Shown: positions 30,791 through 42,069 of the stretch, piece by piece
How the letters are laid out: every line of letters starts with the position of its first letter
How positions within the stretch are numbered: position 1 is the first letter of the stretch
NCBI GenBank assembly: GCA_977020255.1
Contig: CDROCS010006901.1
Span: 124,001 to 188,000 of the forward strand
DNA: 64,000 nucleotides
Origin: Obrimoposthia wandeli
Lineage: Eukaryota
Direction: 5' to 3'
Notes under the pieces: model-generated
Told to the model about the DNA's origin: nothing
What the model saw: the letters and a program-made list of their open reading frames with translations, nothing else
The model's database searches: none
Translations under genes and position numbers: made by a program

Positions 30791-30846
30791 GATAAAGAAA
30801 TCAGAAACGAAAACTATCTTAATATTTTATTAGGCATGTATATCAA

Positions 30847-30985
30847 GTCAGCAAAGGTACCACAGGGATAACTGGCTTGTGGCGGCCAAGCATCCATAGC
30901 GACGTCGCTTTTTGATCATTCGATGTCGGCTCTTCCTATCATTGCGAAGCAGAATTCGCAAAGCGTCGGATTGTTCACCCATTAA

Positions 30986-31016
<31 letters not shown>

Positions 31017-31143
31017 AAGACAGGTTAGTTTTACCCTACTATATACATTGTCGTTGTGATGGTAATTCTGCTCAGTACGAGAGGAACCGCAGATTCGGAT
31101 CTCTGGTAAGTGTGCTTGATCGACCGATCAGTGGCACGACACC
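30847..31143 (+). pseudogene. 28S rRNA fragment A (domain V peptidyl-transferase loop to sarcin-ricin loop), unit 1
   Basis: ACCACAGGGATAACTGGCTTGTGGC..TCGATGTCGGCTCTTCCTATCATT..GAGCTGGGTTTAGACCGTCG..AGTACGAGAGGAAC; flanks are not rDNA. Confidence 0.95.
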
Positions 31144-31381
31144 TTCAATTTTTAAAGGCCTCTAACCACTGAAAAACTACTCTACCACTATTGTCCCCCA
31201 CCACACACTTTTGCAACGCTCACAATTACCATAGCCAACTACAACTCATCGAGCCCTACAATTTGCTGCTACTCTCGCTCTAATATACTCACTATTCGCG
31301 AAGTTATGCAATTTAATACCTCAATCTTTTCCGCTAATTTCTCTGCAAATACCCAATCTCATTTTCACTTTTACACTACAG

Positions 31382-31696
31382 TATTAGAATTCAGATTTCG
31401 GCACAAAATAACTACATACTATATCGACTACGGGCTACACGTTGGTGATAACGGTTTACACAACAAAATTCATCTTCGCATTAATCTAGGCCTTGTAATG
31501 GTACAAATGTCATTTTTACCCCTACATACCCTGAAACACCATTAAGACAACAAGTTGGACTGAAACCGTTACGCTAGAACGATTCCCCGTGTTTAGTTAC
31601 ATATTATATCAAATTTCCAACACATACAAAAATTAAGGTGACATTCATGGCACTAGGCAGAAATCACATTGCGTCAAAGCCGGTTACCAGCCGTCG

Positions 31697-31727
<31 letters not shown>

Positions 31728-32058
31728 AATCTAGACCATTCAGTAACCAGTCAAGACTATGGTTGTAAAAATAATTAAAATATTTTCCCTAAGGCATTTA
31801 AAAATTTTTATATCATTTGGAAATTTGATATAATATGTAACTGAACATGGGGAATCGTTCTAGCGTAACGGTTTTAGTCCAACTTGTTGTCTTCCAGGTG
31901 TTTCGGGGTATGTAAGGGGTGAAAATGACATTTGTACCATTAAAAGGCCTATATTAATGTGAATATAATTTCTTTTGGGAAAACGGTTGTCACCATCGTG
32001 TAGCCCGTCGTTGATATGGTATGTAGAGTGTTTTCCAAGAATTTTGATTCTCTAATGA
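31382..32058. repeat. Long imperfect inverted repeat (~250-bp arms, ~165-bp spacer); copies at ~41724-42400, ~52078-52754, ~62471-63147
   Basis: Left arm GACAACAAGTTGGACTGAAACCGTTACGCTAGAACGATTCCCC pairs with right arm GGGGAATCGTTCTAGCGTAACGGTTTTAGTCCAACTTGTTGTC. Confidence 0.92.
31639..31727 (-). pseudogene. 28S rRNA fragment B (domain IV), antisense, unit 1
   Basis: Minus strand AATCCGACTGTCTAATTAAAACAAAGCATTGCGA..TTGACGCAATGTGATTTCTGCC.AGTGC..TGAATGTCA. Confidence 0.9.
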
Positions 32059-32334
32059 TAAATGGGGGAAATATTTCCAACAATATTAGGCCTACAAGAC
32101 AATAGTTAGGAAAACTAATTCCTAAGACCTTTAATAATTTTCATATTTGATAAAACTTTGATACAAGTTTTGAGCGCATTAACTTCATGGGAACTACGTA
32201 GAGAAAGATTTAGGCGTGTAATTTAGATTAAAAAATCGAGTATAGGCATCGCAAAATCTTTTTTAGGTAGGGTACCTGCTAAATTTTGTAAGTGACAATT
32301 TTTTATTTTCCAAATCGAAAATAATTTGGTCGTC

Positions 32335-33540
32335 AAATTTAATTTTTTTAAAAATGTAAAATGTAATTTTTAGGCATCGCATTTTGAAATTTAATTTTTT
32401 TAAAAATGTAAAATGTAGCTTTTAGGCATCGCATTTTGAAATTTAATTTTTAAAAAATGTAAAATGTAGTTTTTAGGCATCGCATTTAGAAATTTATTTT
32501 TGAAAATGTAATTTTTAGGCATCGCATTTTGAAATTTAATTTTTAAAAAATGTAAAATGTAGCTTTTAGGCATCGCATTTTTAAATTTAATTTTTTAAAA
32601 AATGTAAAATGTAGATTTTAGGCATCGCATTTTACGCTACACACTATGTGGCGACGTATCTCTATTTTAGCCAGATAGTTGACAGTTGAAAATGAATCCA
32701 AACTATCATCCGACAGAGAAGCACCACTCATGACGACGTGTATCTCTATTTTAGCCAGATAGTTGACAGTTGAAAATAAATCCAAACTATCATCAAAAAC
32801 TATCCGACAGAGAAGCCGACAATATGTAACTGTACACTTACTGGGGCCACTGACTGACGATAATCTAAGTACAAAGGGATACAACCTCATGTAGATTTTC
32901 CTCAGCCTCAGCTAATGTAATGGAAGATATTCAAGAAAATAGGTAACTGACAGTCTACCAGATAGACATTAGACTACTTTTGTTAATTTTATTTCAAATA
33001 GGCATCGCATTTTGAAAAAAATCGCAAAAATAAACATTTTAGGCATCACAATATGTAAAATAATTCATTCTAGGCATCGCAAAATTTAATTAAATTATTT
33101 TTAAAATGTAAAAATATTTTTTTAGGCATCGCATTTTGAATTTTAAAAAAAATTATATTTTTTAGGCATCGCATTTTGAAATTTATTTTTGAAAATGTAA
33201 TTTTTAGGCATCGCATTTTGAAATTTAATTTTTAAAAAATGTAAAATGTAGCTTTTAGGCATCGCATTTTTAAATTTAATTTTTTAAAAAATGTAAAATG
33301 TAGCTTTTAGGCACCGCATTTTTAAATTTAATTATTAAAAAATGTAAAATGTAGCTTTTAGGCATCGCATTTTTAAATTTAATTTTTTAAAAAATGTAAA
33401 ATGTAGCTTTTAGGCACCGCATTTTTAAATTAAATTTTTAAAAAATGTAAAATGTAGCTTTTAGGCATCGCATTTTGAAATTTAATTTTTTAAAAAATGT
33501 AAAATGTAGTTTTTAGGCATTGCATTTTGAAATTTAATTT
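32335..33540. repeat. ~50-bp AT-rich satellite (TTTTAGGCATCGCATTTT core) in two blocks split by a ~350-bp island with an 83-bp duplication; present in every unit
   Basis: Repeated TTTTAGGCATCGCATTTTGAAATTTAATTTTTAAAAAATGTAAAATGTAG; copy number differs between units. Confidence 0.93.
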
Positions 33541-35139
33541 TGAGAGTTGTATTTTGTATCATCTCTTTTAGAATTTTTTTTCGCTTTTATCTTTCCACAC
33601 AAACACTTTGGCGAATTTAGACATACAAATTCGGAATCAGTGAACGATTTTACGTTTGAAATATTCTAAGATTTTAAAATTGGTGCAAAAAATATTTTTA
33701 GCAATTTTTCTGAATTTTTAGAAATCCAGAACTTTGTTTGCAAATATCTCCCCACACAAATCTCGTAGAATTTTTAGACATACATATTCGGAATCAGGGA
33801 ACAATTCTACATCTGAAAAATGCTAAGATTTTAAGAATTGTGAATTTTATTTTAATCAATTTTTCAGGTATTACACGCTTTTTTATACTTTTCTCTGGAG
33901 ATATGCTACCATTAGCAAAACCACACACATATTCTTTCTCCTCTAAGCAAGACGGAAGTTTTCATACCCTGTTGTTGAAATTGGGACAAAAAAATGTTAG
34001 ATGCCTATTTTGGTGAGTTTCAGAGAAAATTCACTTTTACTCAGATTTCTCAAGGAGGACAGTACCATTCTTGAATCTAAAATTATATCCGTACTCACCT
34101 CACCGAGACGCGTCTTTTGATGGTGCTTCCGATCAGTTTGGTGCAATATAGAATTAAATTGTAAAATTGAATTTTCTAATATTAAAATATTGCATTCAAT
34201 GTTTCTTTCACGAATTTCTTTCTCAATATTGCGAATTAAAGAAAACTAAGCACACCATAATTTTTTTCAGAATTTTTAACACCAGAAAGATATAAAAGAT
34301 ATTTTATTCGAGCAAAGTACAGTTTTAAGCAAATATCTTAATTCCAAGAATCGAGATTTTCGATTACGAATAAATCGACAAATACTAAACCAATTTAGAA
34401 AGTAAACACAGATTCAGAAGTTTCTCGGCGAAACTTAATTTTGTATTCTATTTTCAGAATTTCTCTAAGAGCATTTACGTTTTTAGAAATCCAGGTACAT
34501 GCACTGACATGTAACCTTATCGCGAATATCTCGGCGAATATTGGGAATCCACAAAAGTCGGGTACGTATTCTTGCTCGTCTTGATGCGACAGAATTTTGG
34601 ATAATTTTCTGCACTTCAACAGATGCATATTAGAGAAGATAGCTAAATTGAGCACCGTTCTATAATATAAGGCAATTTCCATTTCCTTTATGACTCCGCG
34701 AATATCGAGAGTCGAGCAAAGTAAGTTACATATTCGTTGTCCTCTAATTGAGACGGAATTTCTGAAGCTACTTGCGAAAGGTTTGGGGGCATATTAGAGG
34801 ATTCGGAAAAAGATGGCTATTTAAATGCTTTGTCTTTGTTTTAAAAAGCGACTTTATATCGCTAATATCTCGTCACACAGAATTTTCATCGCAAAACCAA
34901 ATACATATTCTTGCTCGCAGTAATTTTCCGCCCCAGAAACCTACAGAAACCGGCACTTGAAGTTTCACACAATTTTTATTGTATTCACGGAAAAGCTCGA
35001 ATATCTGGGCACCCGGTGCACCAATGTGCACCAAAACACCCTCAAAACACTCGTAATCGAGCCCCCGAATTTCCACAACCAACTATTCATTTTAGTATCC
35101 ATTACCCACAAACACTCTCCTTGTTTCAATACCCCCTCT

Positions 35140-35470
35140 CCCATGAAATCGACGGCCACTTTTGCGGATCTCACTTGGGATTCGCCTACACGCCAGCGAT
35201 CGCACTGCAGAACGCTGTGTCGTGTATGCGCTCCAGATCTGGGATCCGCCCCGCACGAGGCGCGAGAGAGGAGCCGAAGCCGCCCAGTGTCCGGCAACAG
35301 AAGATTTGTCGGCGCCCGGCTCTCGGTCTCGCTCTCCGGCCGAAAATTCACCCAAAACGTCACTACACACCACCACCATCATTTAGCCACCAACAACGGA
35401 AATCAGCACCCACCGCTGTACTGCTCCCTATCTCCATCGCCCCCAAATTTAGCACGCAAAAGGTCTCCGA
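35140..35470. other. GC/CpG-rich island at the end of each unit (also ~45468-45798, ~55835-56165)
   Basis: Visibly GC-rich stretch with many CpG in otherwise very AT-rich DNA. Confidence 0.7.
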
Positions 35471-36961
35471 AAACATTACCCCACTTTCACTTTCCATGCC
35501 CAAACTTATTGAAGTTCCAAATTATTTTTTTTCAAATTCGACACTATTATTTTAAACCAATGTAAACCAGCAAAGATTTTCGTACTCTGTAAAATTATAT
35601 CTAACAGCATTTGACAAACTTTTGTAGGATAGGTATCATTTTTAGAAATCTCACACCATTTTTAATTTCATATAGTTTTTGCTACAAAAAAAGAATTATG
35701 ATCATAATGCAATTACTGACATTTAGGTATATAATTACATAGGATTGGATAATGACGTTGAAGTCAAAAAATTTATATGAAATTGATTTTACAACACTAA
35801 CATTCAAATTAGTAAAAAAATAAGTTTCTAACATACTTCTATAATATTTTTGTTCTACGTCAGCGACATTAAATAAAATAATAAGTAATTTTATTAAAAT
35901 TATTCTAATTTCGTTGGTTATTGAAATGTATTCTAATCCAAATATATATGTAAAACCAAAAATACTCCCAATTTGGTGTAGAAAAAGTAAATGATTTACA
36001 AATTTTAGTATATACAAAAATTGCCTCAAATAATTAGGCATTCTAAAATTTAATAAATGCTGTATGGCTGTATTTGTATTTAAACTATTTATATGATAAT
36101 TTTTAAATAGTAATATAATACTTACATATTCTGACATACAACTTTCCCCTTTATAACGAGTTAGACAGATCAATTTACATGAAATTTAGCCTAATCACTC
36201 CAAATGTTTTGGTTTGGTAAATTTTCATTCAGCCAACATTTCATCGAATGCTTCACAAAATTGTTTGATCCAAATCGTACTGAAATAGTCATAAACGAAG
36301 AATGTACATTCAAATGCATTCTTTCTAATTGTGCTGTAGGATTTATATGCTGAGTTTTGTATTATTTTTCACTCATTGGATGATACACCTACAACCCGTT
36401 TGAAAAGTTTTATTTTAGTGTATTCCTCATCCAGTCAACATTTTAAAATGAATAATTCCTAAAGCATCTTGTACTCGAATGAATTTTGTTCATCTACCAA
36501 GAGATGTCTTTGACAGTAAGTTTTCACTCCACATCTTGAATACAACTTCTCTTTTCTAGTTCTGTAGCACTGGTCATAAATTAGTATTAAAAAACAGATA
36601 ATAAAATCAATTAAGTAATACCTAATTTCTCTGTTTCGATTTTGATCAATTCCAAACGTTTTCGAAACCTTTTCGTTAGCTATTTTTCAGAGAATTCAGC
36701 CAGTAAGTTTTTCTTCATTGTATATTTTTGTAAATTTTCATTTCTTAGACATGATTAATACTTTATTATAAATTGATATTTCATTTTAGTTATCGTTTAT
36801 AATGCTTCATGCTTATTCATTTATCATGATTAGTAAAGGCAAAATTATATTATAGTTACAGCTTACACTGATTATTTTTTGTATTATTTTTTAAAAGCTA
36901 TAATTGGAAGAAATACGGTACTTAGAATTACGTAGAACTTTTAACGGAAGTGTTGCCTTTA

Positions 36962-37018
36962 ATCCTAATAATTGCCTGAGCTGGCAATCTGATGAGGACA
37001 GCAGTCTGAAATTAGGAT
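36962..37018 (+). ncRNA. Type III hammerhead ribozyme (unit 2)
   Basis: Identical to the unit-1 motif. Confidence 0.93.
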
Positions 37019-40000
37019 AACCTGGAGTTCGTGTATTATTATGGGAGTGAAACCGTTTACAACAGCGGTTCTCAAACTCAGGAACTGTTAGGTTCTATGT
37101 GAAGGTAATAAAATTAATTTAATTAAGAAAACTTAAAAACGTTCTATGACAGATCTGTTTTTTAAAGAATTGGCACAGAAATGCTGTCACAAGATCTACA
37201 TGACATTAAAAATGATTTTTTTTAAAACGTTGCAATGTTTAATATAAAATTATAAATTAAAAACAACTGGTTTATTACTTCAGGTACATATATTAATAGT
37301 TATCTTAATTAGAAAGTCAGTGTTACTGTTTGATTCTTTGCAGCAACCGGGATTTCATATATGCTTTTACCACATTTAACTTTGTTAATACCTATCTGGG
37401 TAAAAAAGAAAGTCGTTCGTTTGCTTCGGTGTCTCTAGATACTGTTGTAACTCTTCATATTTGTCAATACCTGTTTCTGACTGATGAAAGACCCAAAATA
37501 CATCTACAGATACCTCTAAATTATCTATCATTACATAGTTAGAGAAATCAAATAGCAAAAGCCCTAAGGTCTTTAATTTCATGAGTTATGTTCTTTTGAA
37601 AACGATTATTTACAATTCAAAATTGACATCAATAAAATTAATTTAAAAAATTAGGTAAAATATCAATGTTAAGGTCCCAGGCAGCTACATCAGCGTCATC
37701 CGTGTGGCTTTTCTTTGTTTGGTAGCACATGAGGTTTAGAAAATGTCTCAAGAATGGAAACAGTCACTGGATTGGGTTTTTATCGCAATAATGATATTTC
37801 ATTAAATTTGTTAAAAATTTGTTTTTAAATTCATTATGTATTTGGTTAACTCAAGATGTTTCTGTTTAGAAGATATTGTAAAACGGAATTTGTTGAAAGT
37901 TTGGTTACGCTATAACCTAGATGGGTCAGATTGTGTCAAGTTTTACGGGTACGATCTTAGTAAGGACCACTAACTAGAAGTCGATCTTAGTAAGGACCAC
38001 TAACTAGAAGTCGATCTTAGTAAGGACCACTAACTAGAAGTCGATCTTAGTAAGGACCACTAACTAGAAGTCGATCTTAGTAAGGACCACTAACTAGAAG
38101 TCGATCTTAGTAAGTCGACGTCTAGCTGGTGAAAGTTCATTAATGATGTGGGTTGCAATATGTGGCAGTAAAAGTCAGATTTGCAATTAGACACAGAAAA
38201 CTTGAATACAGTGGAGTAATCCTTAGGCGACTGACAAACCTTCCTTAATAGCCGATTTGCTACTGAAGTGACGTGCCTTTTAGCGTCGCTCTGGTGTATT
38301 TGAACAATATTAACCTAAATCTGGATATTACTGGCATGACGTGTTTACAAAAACGGTTGTCAATTTAAATCAAAGAATGAAATTATTGATCAGAAAATAT
38401 TTATTTATGCTTTGACAGAGATTAGGTATTACAATTTACCGAAAGCATGACCACATAAAGGCTTTGCTACAAAATATTGTAACGAAATAAATTTATTATT
38501 TAGCGTTTCTTGTAACCTGTTAATTTTCTATTTAAATGATTTGGTATAATATTTAAATTTTGTTAGAAATCGCTTATTTAATTAAGGGATTTATCTTATA
38601 AATTGCACGAAACAAATTGAAATAATGAATTAAATAAGTATAATTTATTATGAATCTCGCGGAATTTTTGTTATTTATTACTGTTTGCAACTGATTCGAC
38701 TGTTGTATAAGAATGATTTATGAAAAGATAAATATTTGAAATGTAAGTCTCTAGATTTTACATATAAATACATTGGTGGACATTTCATCTTGAATATATA
38801 GCAAAATCGATTGAAATTTTATAAATGTTTTTAAACATAATTTAAACCTTTTTAACTCACTGTCATTTGATTGAAATTTGTGTGTGAGTGACAAATCGGG
38901 CATCTTCAGATATGCTAATTACAGGAAGTTGGCTCGACTGGTATATGTGGCCACTCGTGAGACTATTGGGATCCAGACCTCATCAATGGACAATATGGCG
39001 GTTCAATCATTTGAGAAGAGTCCATTGCACTTTTAGTGCTCTAGTTTGAATATACCGACAACTAATAAATTTCTATCTCTAGTCTGACATTTTTAATAAA
39101 GAATTATGAAAAGATTGGCACTCTAATTGAGATGTGTACTTTTTTCAAGCTAACTCTTTTTTGTTTACTTTTAATTTTGGATTTATGTTTCTGAAGTACA
39201 TCCTAACGACGAACATTTTTTATTTCAATAATATTAGAACATTTCGCTGTGTTGTTGACTGAATAATTTTTTAAATTTTATGCAATTTTATTTAAGTGCT
39301 TATTTTTTATTATTTAACTGTTTTTCGGTATACAATTTGTATTATTTTAATATAAAAAGCTAATATTTATTTAATATATTTTGTACTCTGGTTGTTCTGT
39401 TTTTCAGTGATGTTGTTTAATGAAAATATTCTGATCCTAAACAAGTAGAATAAAAGAGCACCATTGTGAAATTCGGGTTAGTCCGATGATCAGGTAAAAA
39501 GTTATTCTATAAGTTATGCATTTTTTAGTATAAATATCTAAACATTTAGTCATTTTAATTAATATTCATTGCGTGTTTTGATATAATTTTTTAAAATATT
39601 TTTTAAATTCTCCCCACAGGGGTTGAAATTTTAACAGAACTTTTTGAAGATTTATCTAATTTGTCTAATAAATGACCTGGTTCTATCTGTACAATCAGCC
39701 GATTTATCTTATATTTTTTGATGCGGAGCGATTGAATTAGTACTGGTGCACATTGATGTACTATGTTACGAGTAATTTGGTGTTGAAATTACTTGGGTGT
39801 CTTTATGGGTTTAATATAGCTGATTTTAAATATTATACATGTATATTACAATATTTTATTTATCTTCTTATTTACTTTTAAATATTAGATTTTTATTTTA
39901 TATTTATTCTTATTTAATTTAAATATAGTTTAAACAATTTATTACATCAATTTATTCTTCTTAATTACGAAATTAGAATATTTTATTCTATTTCTTTTCA

Positions 40001-41186
40001 ATTTATTATATTATTTCATAAAATATCCTTGTTTAAACGCATCATTTATGGGCATCCATGCAGTACCAACGTGGTACCCTTTGCCTGCTAAATATTTTTA
40101 CAGTGCCTAAAAATATTTTTTGCAGTGCCTAAAATTGACATTTCCCATAATTTCTAAAGCCCACATTAACTTTTTAAACTCAATTTTAAATACATTCTTT
40201 CCTTTTTACAAAGCCTTCTTTCTGTTCAAATGCAGATTAGGATGCTTACTTTCTTGTAAAATTAAATTTAGGTTGCCCACTTTCTTTCGAAAGCTAATTT
40301 ATGATGTCTACTTTCGGTTAAAATCAAAATTTTATATGCCTAATTTCTATTAAAATGCAAATTACAATGCCCATTTTATTTTAAAAGGAAATGTACGATG
40401 CCCACAATCTCTTTAAATGAATATAACGATGCCCACTTGCTTTATAAATAATTTGACGATCCCTTCTTCTCTTTTAAAATAAATTTAGATGTCCACACTG
40501 CACACATGTCACAAAAAGGGACAACCTAACCCTAAAAACCCAGAAGATAATAAGTGTTATGAAAACGGTTTTCAAAAACGGATTCCCCGTCACAAATTGT
40601 GTACTACTCTAGAATTTCAGTGAAAGAAAATATTATTTAGTGCCCCAGTGAAAAAATAGGCGTGTAATTTGCATTATGTGATACCTGTGCAGATTATCTT
40701 TCAAAGGGATTTTAAGACACTGCTTTCGAAGTTTTAAAATGTGTAGAACTTGTTTCTAGACTATTTCAGACACGGGCTACACGCTCATTTTAACGACAAC
40801 TAAATTTAGTATATTTTTCATGTGTCTATAGGCCTACACTGCACAATTGTCACAAAAAGGCACAACCTAACCCTAGAAAACCAAGAAGATAATAAGTGTT
40901 ATGAAAACAGTTTTCAGAAATGGATTCCCCGTGTCACGTTGTGTTATAATCCAGAGTTTCAGTTAAAGAAAATATTTATAGGTGCCCCGGTGAAAAAATA
41001 GGCGTGTAAATTGCATTAACTGGTACATGTGCACATATATTTTCAATAGGATTTTGAGACATTGCTTTCGGATTTCTAAATTGTGTCGAACTTAGTTCTA
41101 GACTATATCTGTAACGGGCTACATGATGGTGATAAAGAAATCAGAAACGAAAACTATCTTAATATTTTATTAGGCATGTATATCAA

Positions 41187-41325
41187 GTCAGCAAAGGTAC
41201 CACAGGGATAACTGGCTTGTGGCGGCCAAGCATCCATAGCGACGTCGCTTTTTGATCATTCGATGTCGGCTCTTCCTATCATTGCGAAGCAGAATTCGCA
41301 AAGCGTCGGATTGTTCACCCATTAA

Positions 41326-41356
<31 letters not shown>

Positions 41357-41483
41357 AAGACAGGTTAGTTTTACCCTACTATATACATTGTCGTTGTGAT
41401 GGTAATTCTGCTCAGTACGAGAGGAACCGCAGATTCGGATCTCTGGTAAGTGTGCTTGATCGACCGATCAGTGGCACGACACC
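41187..41483 (+). pseudogene. 28S rRNA fragment A, unit 2
   Basis: Same as unit 1. Confidence 0.95.
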
Positions 41484-41980
41484 TTCAATTTTTTAAAGGC
41501 CTCTAACCACTGAAAAACTACTCTACCACTATTGTCCCCCACCACACACTTTTGCAACGCTCACAATTACCATAGCCAACTACAACTCATCGAGCCCTAC
41601 AATTTGCTGCTACTCTCGCTCTAATATACTCACTATTCGCGAAGTTATGCAATTTAATACCTCAATCTTTTCCGCTAATTTCTCTGCAAATACCCAATCT
41701 CATTTTCACTTTTACACTACAGTATTAGAATTCAGATTTCGGCACAAAATAACTACATACTATATCGACTACGGGCTACACGATGGTGATAACGGTTTAC
41801 ACAACAAAATTCATCTTCGCATTAATCTAGGCCTTGTAATGGTACAAATGTAATTTTTACCCCCTACATACCCTGAAACACCATTAAGACAACAAGTTGG
41901 ACTGAAACCGTTACGCTAGAACGATTCCCCATGTTCAGTTACATATTATATCAAATTTCCAACACATACAAAAATTAAGG

Positions 41981-42038
41981 TGACATTCATGGCACTAGGC
42001 AGAAATCACATTGCGTCAAAGCCGGTTACCAGCCGTCG

Positions 42039-42069
<31 letters not shown>
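41981..42069 (-). pseudogene. 28S rRNA fragment B, unit 2
   Basis: Same as unit 1. Confidence 0.9.

Larger units (their letters stand above)
25186..35504. repeat. ~10.3-kb tandem macro-repeat, unit 1 (10319 bp)
   Basis: Junction CTTATTGAAGTTCC recurs at 25186, 35505, 45833 and 56200; ORF-track entries recur with the same period. Confidence 0.97.

Noticed and set aside
34873-35555. Overlapping 70-230-aa ORFs on both strands at the GC island (and its copies)
   Set aside because: Expected from the low stop-codon density of GC-rich DNA; ends vary with homopolymer indels between units; no recognisable domain
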